Shown in pieces: positions 1 to 9,353 of a stretch of DNA of 64,000 nt. The stretch's first letter is position 1. Each line of letters starts with the position of its first letter. The stretch covers positions 32,001-96,000 of the forward strand of contig CAWDOD010000011.1 in NCBI GenBank assembly GCA_963803805.1. The letters run 5' to 3'. The notes beneath the pieces were generated by a model that saw only the letters and a program-made list of their open reading frames with translations, searched no databases and was not told the origin of the DNA. The position numbers and the translations under genes are program-made. The DNA is from an uncultured cyanobacterium (GTDB lineage Bacteria; Cyanobacteriota; Cyanobacteriia; Cyanobacteriales; CAWCAG01).

Positions 1-396
1 TTTGAGACGCGAGGAAGGACGGCGTTTCGCTTTGGGGCGTTTAAAAGTCTTCCAAGCCGCTTTTACCCCAACAACGAAACTTTTCGTACCGATTTGAATA
101 TTCTTAGTCTGTTTTTGGACATTGCTAATACTGCGATCCACTTGCTTAACTACATCGGAAGCGCTTTTAACTCCTTCGTTCATTTCATCGGTTAATTCGC
201 TAATTTCTAACCCCGTCAAACGAATGGCTTCTAGGGTGGGGGGAAATTCTCTGTTTAGGGTATCAAATAACTTCTCTGCACTACGGGCAGCGCGAGATAA
301 TTGTTGGAGGGCAGGTAAAGCTGTAATCAACACAGCCGTTAAGCTGACAGCAACCAGCAGAATTGACAAGCCGAGCCAAAAAAGGGGATCGATCAC
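1..396 (-). CDS. DUF948-like membrane-anchored coiled-coil protein (partial, runs off the window start)
   Basis: Hand translation from GTG at 396: MIDPLFWLGLSILLVAVSLTAVLITALPALQQLSRAARSAEKLFDTL...; N-terminal TM then coiled coil; usual neighbour of YtxH. Absent from the ORF track because it is truncated. Confidence 0.75.
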   Translation of the reverse strand, partial: MIDPLFWLGLSILLVAVSLTAVLITALPALQQLSRAARSAEKLFDTLNREFPPTLEAIRLTGLEISELTDEMNEGVKSASDVVKQVDRSISNVQKQTKNIQIGTKSFVVGVKAAWKTFKRPKAKRRPSSRLK

Positions 397-408
397 GCTT
401 TAGTTCCC

Positions 409-759
409 TTACAAATGTTGTTCTGAGGTGGAGGAAGTTGGCTCAGAAATATTACTAGGGGGAGTTTTTAGCTCTTCAGCTTGTAGCTGAGTAGCTTCTA
501 CTCCTGCTGAAACAGCTTCTTTGAGTCGTTCTAAAGTTCCTTCCCAATTGCGCATTGCTGATGTAGAAAAACGATCTGCTTGTAGTTGAACTGTGGTTGA
601 TAAGTCTTCGGCTAAGTCTGGTAAAGCATCAGCAGATTTTTTAATTAGCTGCCGCGTTTCTCGACCAGGACGAGGAGCAATCAGCAATCCCACAATTGTA
701 CCAACAGCACTGCCAAATAGCATTCCTCCAATAAAAGCTCCAGTCTTTTCTTTTGACAT
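409..759 (-). CDS. YtxH domain-containing protein
   Basis: FIGGMLFGSAVGTIVGLLIAPRPGRETR is the YtxH signature. Confidence 0.85.
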   Translation of the reverse strand: MSKEKTGAFIGGMLFGSAVGTIVGLLIAPRPGRETRQLIKKSADALPDLAEDLSTTVQLQADRFSTSAMRNWEGTLERLKEAVSAGVEATQLQAEELKTPPSNISEPTSSTSEQHL

Positions 760-878
760 ATTTTAGTTTATGGGCGTGAATAACCATTATTTTAATTGCC
801 ACTGGCGCGATTCTCCTAGGGAGGCGCTTCGTGATCACAACTTTAGTTTGGTTGCAGTTTGGAGCAGTAACTTTCTAG

Positions 879-1196
879 CTATTGCTTAATTTTGGAGAAA
901 TTAGGCTTTGACCAACGCCAAAGGTTAGTTACCAGGCTAAGTAAAGTGATAATTTTTTGCAACTGTTGTATTTGTGCTTCTAATTGAGTATAGCTTTGCT
1001 TAAGATTGTGAGTGCCTTGCTGAAGACCTAAAATTGGTGGAGGAGCGCCGTGAAGTACGCTATAGGTTATTCTTTCTACGTTTTTTAGAGTTTCTGTTAC
1101 TTTGACCAAAAATAAACTAAGCTTCCAAATTCGCCAAGCAATATATAAATTTACAGTTACAAGTAAGAGGTTGAAACTAATGACAACATTGATCAT
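879..1196 (-). CDS. hypothetical membrane protein
   Basis: 105-aa ORF with N-terminal hydrophobic helix and coiled coil, co-oriented with neighbours. Confidence 0.6.
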   Translation of the reverse strand: MINVVISFNLLLVTVNLYIAWRIWKLSLFLVKVTETLKNVERITYSVLHGAPPPILGLQQGTHNLKQSYTQLEAQIQQLQKIITLLSLVTNLWRWSKPNFSKIKQ

Positions 1197-1256
1197 TGAT
1201 CATTATGTTTGTGAAAATTAGCAATTAGCAACTAGCAACTAACCATTAGTCACTAG

Positions 1257-1964
1257 TCAGTCCTTCCATAAAGCAATGCCACCTAACAAACCTGTAATGT
1301 TGGGAACAATTTTGACGTTGGGCGGTAGGTAAAAGTTGATTTTCTTTGCTTCTCCGCCGCCTATATAAAGGAAGTCGTAGTTGAAAGTTCGTCCTAAAGT
1401 TGCGATCGCCTTTTCTAAGCGATTATTCCACTTTTTCTTACCTGCTTTTTCCAAAGCTGCCCTGCCTAACTGTTCTTCGTAGGTTTCCCCTTTACGGAAA
1501 GGATGGTGGGCAATTTCTAGGTTGGGTACTAATTTACCCTCGATAAATAAAGCAGAACCAAATCCTGTACCCAAGGTGATGACTAATTCTACTCCTTTAC
1601 TAGCGATCGCACCTAATCCTTGTACATCAGCGTCATTGGCAACCCGTACAGGCTGCCCCAAAAGATCCGACAGGGCCGTAGCGAGATCAAAACCAATCCA
1701 GTCAGGATCGAGGTTAACGGCTGTATCTATGATCCCTTTGCGTACTACTCCAGGAAAGCCTACGGAGACGCGCTGAAATTCTCCTTGTTCTTTGGCTAAT
1801 TTAACAATAACTTCCGTTATGGCTTCAGGTTTAGGAGGTTGAGGGGTTGGTACACGATTGCGATCGCTTACGGCATTACCTTCGGCATCTAATTTTATAG
1901 TTTTAACTCCGCTACCCCCAATATCAATTGCGAGGGTAATCATATTTGCATTTTCTTCATTCAT
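1257..1964 (-). CDS. ppgK: ROK family polyphosphate glucokinase
   Basis: IDIGGSGVK, VANDAD, TLGTGFGSALF, PNLEIAH motifs. Confidence 0.8.
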   Translation of the reverse strand: MNEENANMITLAIDIGGSGVKTIKLDAEGNAVSDRNRVPTPQPPKPEAITEVIVKLAKEQGEFQRVSVGFPGVVRKGIIDTAVNLDPDWIGFDLATALSDLLGQPVRVANDADVQGLGAIASKGVELVITLGTGFGSALFIEGKLVPNLEIAHHPFRKGETYEEQLGRAALEKAGKKKWNNRLEKAIATLGRTFNYDFLYIGGGEAKKINFYLPPNVKIVPNITGLLGGIALWKD

Positions 1965-2054
1965 ATTACGAATTGCTAGTTGCTATTTGCTAATGGCTAG
2001 TTGCTAGTTGCTAATTGCTAACAGAGAATAAGCAACAGTAAATTCTTAAACTTA

Positions 2055-2954
2055 TTACTTATTTTTCTCTTCCTCCAACTTCTCCGCCCTTTCTTCCGCC
2101 GTTGCCATCACCTCACTCATGTTTTCTAATATTTCTCCAGGGTGATTTTCGAGAACTTTTGTTGATAGAGAAATTCTTTTTTTCCATTCGTCAATATCTT
2201 TAATCATAACCTTGACTTTTTGCCCTACTTGCAATAAAGCCGGGAGAGATTCAATGGAATTATGACTGATTTCCTTAACGTGGAGTAAGCCAGTTACGCC
2301 CCCTAAATCAATAAATGCGCCGTAGGGTTTGAGGTTAACTACCGTACCTTCCATTAAACGCCCCGGTACTAATTTGCTGACGACTTGGGAACGGGCGGCT
2401 TCTCGTTGGGAGAGAACAAGTTTGTTGGTATCTGGGTTAAGTTCTAGGAAAGTTGCGGTAAGGTTTTGACCGATTAATGACTCTAAATCTTGCTTTTCTA
2501 TGAGGTGGGATCGTGGGATAAAACCCTTTAAGCCATTAACATATCCCGTTACACCTCCTTTATTTGTCCCCATTACCTTCATAGAAACTGATTGACCTTT
2601 TTCTTGAAGTTCAGCTAATTCTTCCCAAATCACCTTCATTTCTAGTTGACGGCGAGAAAGTAAAATTTGGCCTTCCCCGTCCTGTTCACGAATAATCAAA
2701 AATTCTAGTTCTTCTTGGGGCAGAATTTCTTCTAGTTTCTCGAAGGAGGATAAGGAAGCTTCTTGGGAAGGAACAAAGCCAGGAGATTTACCTCCTATAT
2801 CTACGTAGGCTCCTTCACTACCATATTCAAAGGGTTTACCCTTAATTACCTGACCTTTTTTAAACTCGTAGTCGTGTTCTTCTAAGGCTTTGGCGAAATC
2901 ATCCATAGAAAAGGATGCAGGAGATTCTGGGGAAGGGGTGGATTCTGAGTTCAT
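2055..2954 (-). CDS. rps1b: S1 RNA-binding domain protein (ribosomal protein S1 paralog B)
   Basis: three S1 domains (GAYVDIGGK, GFIPRSH, YGAFIDLGGVTGLLHVKEIS). Confidence 0.8.
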   Translation of the reverse strand: MNSESTPSPESPASFSMDDFAKALEEHDYEFKKGQVIKGKPFEYGSEGAYVDIGGKSPGFVPSQEASLSSFEKLEEILPQEELEFLIIREQDGEGQILLSRRQLEMKVIWEELAELQEKGQSVSMKVMGTNKGGVTGYVNGLKGFIPRSHLIEKQDLESLIGQNLTATFLELNPDTNKLVLSQREAARSQVVSKLVPGRLMEGTVVNLKPYGAFIDLGGVTGLLHVKEISHNSIESLPALLQVGQKVKVMIKDIDEWKKRISLSTKVLENHPGEILENMSEVMATAEERAEKLEEEKNK

Positions 2955-3023
2955 GTAAAGGTTAAAGGGTAAAGGGGTAAAAGGGGATTTTATGTTTGAT
3001 TTAGATCCAGCAGTGGTGTTTTT

Positions 3024-3758
3024 TTATAGTTTTTTACTAAATAAATCTAATACTTGCTGCCAAGCATCTTTAGCTGCTGCTTGATTGTAGCTTGCCCTTT
3101 GGTCACAGAAGAAGCCGTGATCTGCATTACTGTAGCGGAAAACTTGGTGAGAGATCTGGTATTTTTTCAGGGAAGTTTCAATTTCGTCTACTTGTTCTGG
3201 GGGAATACTAGCATCTGTGTTGCCAAAGAAGGTGTAGATTGTACCTTTTATCTCTGGAGTTCGCGTTAAAGTGGGTTCTCCTCCCCCTGGAGTCATGGTA
3301 GTGATTCCTGCACCATAAAAGGATGCTGTGGCAGCAATTTCTGGTTTGGTGGCTGCTAGATAAGCGACATGACCACCGAAACAAAAACCGATACAACCGA
3401 AATTCTCTCCTTTAATTTGGGGTAAATTTTGTAAATAATTTATGGCACTTTGAATATCTTGTAATAACTCTGAGGCTTGGGTTTGATTTTTATACTTCCT
3501 ACCAACGGTGATAGCTTCTGGGGTATAGCCAGTTTCAAATCCTGGGGCTTGACGCTGATAAATAGCTGGGGCGATCGCTATATATCCTTCTTTAGCAAAG
3601 CGTTGAGTTATATCGCGGATATGGGCATTAACTCCAAAAATTTCTTGAATGACTATTATCCCCGGAAATGTCCCTTTTCCTTGAGGGGTAGCCAAATAAG
3701 CATCAATTTCGATATCGCCGCTTGGGAGTTTAAGCCAATTAGTCTGAACTTCTAACAC
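3024..3758 (-). CDS. dienelactone hydrolase family protein
   Basis: QEIFGVN, GFCFGG nucleophile motif, HGFFCD. Confidence 0.9.
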   Translation of the reverse strand: MLEVQTNWLKLPSGDIEIDAYLATPQGKGTFPGIIVIQEIFGVNAHIRDITQRFAKEGYIAIAPAIYQRQAPGFETGYTPEAITVGRKYKNQTQASELLQDIQSAINYLQNLPQIKGENFGCIGFCFGGHVAYLAATKPEIAATASFYGAGITTMTPGGGEPTLTRTPEIKGTIYTFFGNTDASIPPEQVDEIETSLKKYQISHQVFRYSNADHGFFCDQRASYNQAAAKDAWQQVLDLFSKKL

Positions 3759-3832
3759 TTTCTTGTCTGGATTATTGCAACGGTTGTTCCCGTAATTTTA
3801 AGTCAATTGTGTCGAAGACAAACTTTTTTCCC

Positions 3833-4429
3833 TCAATCTAATTCTCTTCTTCCTTCTAATGCCCTTGCTAAGGTGACTTCATCGGCATATTCTAAATCTC
3901 CTCCCATGGGTAAACCAAAAGCAATACGAGTAACTTTGGTAAAAGGTTTTAATAATTGACCAATATAAAGGGTAGTAGTTTCTCCTTCTACACTGGGACC
4001 AATAGCCATAATTACTTCTTGAATGTGGGGTTGGCTAGCCCTTTGTACTAAAGGTTGTATATTTAATTGTTCTGGTCCAACGCCATCCATAGGAGAGATA
4101 ACCCCCCCTAAAACATGGTATTTACCACTGTATTCTCGTGTTTTTTCTAAGGCAATAACATCACGGGAATCTGTGACAACACAGATGATTTTATCATCTC
4201 GATTTTGGTTAGCACAAATGTTACAAACGGGTTCGGCGGAGAGATGGAAACAGACTCGACAAAAACCGACTTGCTTTTTTGCTTCTACTAAAGCTTGGGC
4301 AAGGGCATGGACATCTTGTTCCGGGCGTTTGAGGATATGAAGGGCTAATCTTTGGGCAGTTTTCGGCCCTACTCCAGGTAATTTCTGTAGTTGTTCGATT
4401 AATCTTGCTAAGGGAGGGGTGTAAACCAT
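3833..4429 (-). CDS. recR: recombination mediator RecR
   Basis: [13 protein letters not shown]hH, C4 zinc finger, Toprim domain, LEYADEVTL. Confidence 0.97.
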   Translation of the reverse strand: MVYTPPLARLIEQLQKLPGVGPKTAQRLALHILKRPEQDVHALAQALVEAKKQVGFCRVCFHLSAEPVCNICANQNRDDKIICVVTDSRDVIALEKTREYSGKYHVLGGVISPMDGVGPEQLNIQPLVQRASQPHIQEVIMAIGPSVEGETTTLYIGQLLKPFTKVTRIAFGLPMGGDLEYADEVTLARALEGRRELD

Positions 4430-4459
4430 TTTTTAGTTATTATAAGGAAGCTATTAATT

Positions 4460-5425
4460 TGGTGCGATCGCTCCTTATATAAGTTAATAATACCAAGATC
4501 GTAGGGTGTGTTAGGCGGACCTGAAAAATGAGGTTAAATCCCAAAGCCTCCATCCGCCGTAACGCACCAATTCCCACCCCGTGGATTGTAGTTGTGGTGC
4601 GATCGCTCCTTATATAAGTTAATAATACCAAGATAGTAGGGTGTGTTAGGCGGGCCTGAAAAATGAGGTTAAATCCCAAAGCCTCCATCCGCCGTAACGC
4701 ACCAATTCCCACCCCGTGGATTGTAGTTGTGGTGCGATCGCTCCTTATATAAGTTAATAATACCAAGATAGTAGGGTGTGTTAGGCGGGCCTGAAAAATG
4801 AGGTTAAATCCAAAGCCTCCATCCGCCGTAACGCACCAATTCTCACCCCGTGGATTGTAGTTGTGGTGCGATCGCTCCTTATATAAGTTAATAATACCGA
4901 GATCGTAGGGTGTGTTAGGCAGACCTGAAAAATGAGGTGAAATCCCAAAGCCCCCATCCGCCGTAACGCACCAATTCTCACCCCGTGGATTGTAGTTGTG
5001 GTGCGATCGCTCCTTATAGGTAAGTTAATAATACCAAGATCGTAGGGTGTGTTAGGCGGACTTGAAAAATGAGGTGAAATCCCAAAGCCTCCATCCGCCG
5101 TAACGCACCAATTCCCACCCCGTGGATTGTAGTTGTGGTGCGATCGCTCCTTATAGGTAAGTTAATAATACCAAGATCGTAGGGTGTGTTAGGCGGACCT
5201 GAAAAATGAGGTGAAATCCAAAGCCTCCATCCGCCGTAACGCACCAATTCTTACCCTGGATTGTGGTTGTGGTGCGATCGCTTCTTATAGGTAAGTTAAT
5301 AATACCAAGATCGTAGGGTGTGTTAGGCGGACCTAAAAAATGAGGTTGAATCCAAAGCCTCCATCCGCCGTAACGCACCAATTCCCACCCCGTGGATTGT
5401 AGTTGTGGTGCGATCGCTCCTTATA
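4460..5425. repeat. tandem array of seven 134-137-bp units plus a partial eighth, each with HIP1 and a GTAG-led imperfect palindrome
   Basis: GGTGCGATCGCT(C/T)CTTATA recurs at 4461, 4596, 4731, 4865, 5000, 5137, 5271 and 5407; the intervening sequence is near-identical between units. Confidence 0.97.
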
Positions 5426-5870
5426 CTTTAAAAGCACACTACAAGTTTTGAGAACTAATCTTGTATATGAACAAAAAAATGTGGAAGCCACCAGCAAAAG
5501 CGCTTCCACAAAAAGTACCAAAACCTGAAGAGGTTGTTATGCATACCTTGTATCATGAGGCATTTGGGCTTTTTGGTCAGTGAGATAGGTACGTTAAAGA
5601 GGTGAGTTTTAGAAGCTAATTTGGTGAATTTTATCGGTATAAAGTATGACTGATTTAGGGGTTTTTTGTAATCTGAGTCACAAATTGGTGATTTTGCTAA
5701 TTGCTAGTGGCTAGGTGCTGACATTACAATTATCAAATTAGGAAACTATTACCTCAAATCTTCTCTCCATTTCCCCATCTCAATCTCAACATCTTTAGGG
5801 GGTGATAGCTTAAAGTAGTATTAGGGTTGACATCAAGCGAAAAGACGTTGTAATAAATATCCTTTGGTAG

Positions 5871-6239
5871 ATGCTAAATAAATTTTGGCAGTGGCTAAAA
5901 AATTTTTTCCGGCGTTGGTTTCCTCAACAAGTTGCGACACCAGTAGAGGAAAAACCGACTCCCCAGTTTAGTGATGCGGATTACGAACAGTTCTTTTTTG
6001 CCCTCCTGGATGGGGTGGTTGATGAAGGTTGGAGTCAGGGTAGTGTGAAGGGTTTTTTCTTGGCTAAAAAGCTTACGGTTGCAGAATTGGCGGTGTGGTT
6101 GCGGCGGTTTGGTGAGAGGTTGCAGGAGGCTGAGGTTGAACAAGAAGAGTTGAGGAAGCGATTGCTTAGGTTTGGGGAAAAGGGGGAGGAAGATTGTTTT
6201 TTTGCGGGAGTTGGTGGAGGTTGTGGGGGGGATTGGTAG
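5871..6239 (+). CDS. N-terminal segment of the TPR-CHAT protein, out of frame with the main ORF
   Basis: MLNKFWQWLKNFFRRWF amphipathic start resembles cyanobacterial TPR-CHAT N-termini; overlaps the next ORF, which is in the +1 frame. Confidence 0.6.
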   Translation: MLNKFWQWLKNFFRRWFPQQVATPVEEKPTPQFSDADYEQFFFALLDGVVDEGWSQGSVKGFFLAKKLTVAELAVWLRRFGERLQEAEVEQEELRKRLLRFGEKGEEDCFFAGVGGGCGGDW

Positions 6240-8874
6240 AGAAACTTCGCAGTCTTCTTCACAAGTCGAAGTAAGTTTGCCAGAGGGAGAAGATTGGGAT
6301 AATCAGGAGACTGATGATTTTTTGTCGAGAGGAGTTGCTGCATACCAGCAAGGAGACTATGAGACAGCAGCTAATTTGCTGCAACAAGCTACGGAGTTAA
6401 ATTCCCAGAGTTTTCAAGCTTGGGAAAAGTATGGCGTAGTTTTGCAGCAGTTAGGAAGATATACAGAGGCTATTGAAGCGAATAATCAGGCGTTGCAAAT
6501 TTCTGGGAAAACTCAAAACATAGAAGAAGTCATTAATACTAATCTTTCAAATACTGTCAATACTTTTAATCTTAGCCAGTCTAGTGTTCTTTTTCGCCCC
6601 CCGATAATTCAGACTAGCATGAGTTCAGAAGCAGAGTATGATTCTCAGGCAGTAGAGTTATTCAATCAAGGGTTGAATAAAGCCCAAGCAGGAGATTTTT
6701 TAGCAGCAATTCAGCTTTACACTAAAGTAATAGAAATTAATCCTGATTTATACCTAGCCTACGATAATCGGGGCCTTGCTCTGAGAGATTTAGGCAAGTA
6801 CGAAGAGGCCATTACCGATTTCACTAAAGCAATTGACATTCAACCTGATGACTACCAAGCCTACAATGGTCGCGGCGCTACCCTGAGTGATTTAGGCAGA
6901 TACGAAGAAGCGATCGCAGATTTCACTCAAGCTATCCAAATTAAACCTGACTTCTATCAAGCCTACGATAATCGCGGCGCTGTACTTTGTGATCACTTAG
7001 GAAAGTACAAAGAAGCGATAGCAGATTTTGAACGGGTTTTGGAAATTCAGCCTGAAAAATTTAGTGCTTGGAGAAATCGAGGTGTAGCTCTTGAGAACAG
7101 TGGAAACTATAAAACAGCGATCGCTAACTGGGACGAAGGATTAACCAAACTCAACCCAAAAGACAAAGAATATCAACTTGGTTGCGGCACATTGCATTGG
7201 ATGAAAGGTAATGCCCACTATAGACAAGCTACCAACCATTACCAATATCCCCTTTACCAAGAAGCCCTTGAAAGTTATCATCAAGCCCTAGACTTCCTCA
7301 AGGATAATCCCCGCAACCGAGAAACCTATCTAGAAGTATTAAAAGGATTAATCAAAACTTATCGCGCTACTCGTGATGAAGAAGAAGCTAAGACTTACGA
7401 AAACATAGCAGTCAATCTTTTAGAAAAACTCTTAAACGAAACTTCTCCTGGCTACAAGATAGTCTTGCTACGAAAATTCAGTGGCTTCTTTCAACTCAGG
7501 GTAGATCGTTTAGCCCGTTCCCAAGACATAGCTAAACAAAAAGAAGCCTTAGAACTAGCAGAAGCAAGAAAAAATATCTCCCTTGCTTGGTTGCAAGGGA
7601 AATCGAACAATAAACTACCGATTATTTGGCTACTAATTCGAGAAATCGATATAATAGCTGGCATTTTATTTCTGCACCAGATTCCTTCCCCCAACTATGA
7701 GGAAATGCAACAAATCTGGCCACAACTGCTACCCCAAACCGCCATCATCTACTGGCATCTCAGCCCCGTCTCCTTAACCACCTTCCTCCTCCTAGAAAAC
7801 CACTTCCAAACCTTCACCACCGACTTATCCCCCATCCTTTCGGAAGTTGAATTGAGGAAAGTAGACAGCAAAGATAACTTAGAAAACTGGTTAACCAACT
7901 GGAAGCAAACCTACAGCAACTACAGCAAAGCAGAAAACAGCAACGCTTGGCGAGAAACCTTACCCCAACAACTAGAAAAACTCGCCCACTTCCTCTCTAT
8001 TCCTACCCTGCAAGAAACACTGCAAACCCTGCAAGTTAAAAACCTAATCCTCATTCCCCACCGCGATTTACATTTGCTACCTCTCCACGCTTTGTTCCCG
8101 ACAAGTTATACTTTTTCTTATTTGCCTAGTATTAAGCAAGGGATAGGCACAAGTTCGGAGAAAGAAACAAGGGAAAAAGAATTAACCAACTTATTAAGTG
8201 TAGAATCTCCCGAAGGTAAGACCTCTTCTCTCTGGTTTACACCTGTAGAAGCGAAAGTGATTGCTAGCTTTTACCACAATTCAGAGAGTTTGCAGAAAAA
8301 GGAAGATGTCACAACAGCCTTAATCAACAACCCCGGAGACTTCCTGTTTACAGGGCATGGTTATCACAACTTCACCCAACCAGAAAAGTCTGCCCTCTTC
8401 TTAGTTGACGGGGAGTTGACTGTAGAGGAGATTTTTAAGTTAGAATTTCCTCCCCGCCATTTAGTAACCCTCTCTGCTTGCGAGACAGGCTTGACGGGAG
8501 ATAAGGAATTAATTGATGAATTTGTCAGTTTAGGTAGTGCTTTTCTGGCTAAGGGGGCGAGTTATATCATCACCAGTTTATGGCGAGTAGATGAACGGGC
8601 AACGGCTATTTTGCTGATGCGTTTTCACCAGTTGCTTCGGGACAGGGGGACGGTGGTAGCTTTTAATGAGGCGGTAAACTGGTTGAGAGATTTAGATCAG
8701 GGTAGCTTGGCTAATTGGTATCGCCAGTTAGCACAGGAGTTAGAGAGAAGAGGAAAAATCGAGTATGCTGACTTTGTTGAAGGTTTAGTAGAAACTATCG
8801 AAGATGAGGGGAATTTAACTTGTCCCTATCGCCATCCTTACTATTGGGCTGGTTTTACTATTACTGGAATTTAA
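6172..8874 (+). CDS. TPR-repeat + CHAT (caspase-like) protease
   Basis: multiple TPRs, LILIPHRDLHLLPLHAL, catalytic FTGHG and LSACETG, C-terminal HPYYWAGF. Confidence 0.9.
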   Translation: MGKRGRKIVFLRELVEVVGGIGRETSQSSSQVEVSLPEGEDWDNQETDDFLSRGVAAYQQGDYETAANLLQQATELNSQSFQAWEKYGVVLQQLGRYTEAIEANNQALQISGKTQNIEEVINTNLSNTVNTFNLSQSSVLFRPPIIQTSMSSEAEYDSQAVELFNQGLNKAQAGDFLAAIQLYTKVIEINPDLYLAYDNRGLALRDLGKYEEAITDFTKAIDIQPDDYQAYNGRGATLSDLGRYEEAIADFTQAIQIKPDFYQAYDNRGAVLCDHLGKYKEAIADFERVLEIQPEKFSAWRNRGVALENSGNYKTAIANWDEGLTKLNPKDKEYQLGCGTLHWMKGNAHYRQATNHYQYPLYQEALESYHQALDFLKDNPRNRETYLEVLKGLIKTYRATRDEEEAKTYENIAVNLLEKLLNETSPGYKIVLLRKFSGFFQLRVDRLARSQDIAKQKEALELAEARKNISLAWLQGKSNNKLPIIWLLIREIDIIAGILFLHQIPSPNYEEMQQIWPQLLPQTAIIYWHLSPVSLTTFLLLENHFQTFTTDLSPILSEVELRKVDSKDNLENWLTNWKQTYSNYSKAENSNAWRETLPQQLEKLAHFLSIPTLQETLQTLQVKNLILIPHRDLHLLPLHALFPTSYTFSYLPSIKQGIGTSSEKETREKELTNLLSVESPEGKTSSLWFTPVEAKVIASFYHNSESLQKKEDVTTALINNPGDFLFTGHGYHNFTQPEKSALFLVDGELTVEEIFKLEFPPRHLVTLSACETGLTGDKELIDEFVSLGSAFLAKGASYIITSLWRVDERATAILLMRFHQLLRDRGTVVAFNEAVNWLRDLDQGSLANWYRQLAQELERRGKIEYADFVEGLVETIEDEGNLTCPYRHPYYWAGFTITGI

Positions 8875-8885
8875 ATAATAAAATT

Positions 8886-9293
8886 ATGCAAGAATTAAAC
8901 TTAGACTCTGTACAAAAACTTACTTTAGTTAACTTTGTTGATGCTTTGGCTAATCTGGAAACCTCTATTCCTCCAGAAATGAAAACAGAGATTAATCACC
9001 TTGGTGTAGCTTTGCAAAAAGGAGATACAACAGCCGTAGGGAAATTAGTAAACGTTGCTAAACAGTTTGAACCGTTGCATAAGTTATATAAGGAGATTCG
9101 TTCTGAAAGACTAAAGGAGTATCAAAGCCAAGAATTAAATAAGGGCGACGCTGAGCGTCCACGGAAAAAGCTTATTTATATTGAAGAATCACATATACTC
9201 GATAATTATATTATATCTAGCCTAACTGCTTCAGAGCCAGCCAAAAAAGCCAAAGAAAAGCAAGAAGAAAGAAACAGTAAGAATATGGAATAA
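8886..9293 (+). CDS. small helical protein associated with the CHAT protease
   Basis: ATG at 8886, just after the CHAT stop (ORF track extends it to 8820); helical, charged C-terminus. Confidence 0.7.
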   Translation: MQELNLDSVQKLTLVNFVDALANLETSIPPEMKTEINHLGVALQKGDTTAVGKLVNVAKQFEPLHKLYKEIRSERLKEYQSQELNKGDAERPRKKLIYIEESHILDNYIISSLTASEPAKKAKEKQEERNSKNME

Positions 9294-9353
9294 TTCCTAT
9301 CATTCTATAATTAACTTCAGATTTTTCTGGTATTACAAAAGGGCAAACACTTT

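Noticed and set aside
122-403. 93-aa plus-strand ORF
   Set aside because: Antisense shadow of the DUF948-like gene on the minus strand.
4460-5425. CRISPR array
   Set aside because: Whole units repeat, there are no unique spacers, the period is too long, and no cas genes are in the window.
4440-5521. Short minus-strand ORFs in the tandem array
   Set aside because: The frame changes between units because of 1-2 bp indels; these are by-products of the repeat.
5421-5649. Possible MITE truncating the eighth array unit
   Set aside because: Only a ~10-bp inverted match (TTATACTTTA / TAAAGTATGA) in AT-rich DNA; too weak.
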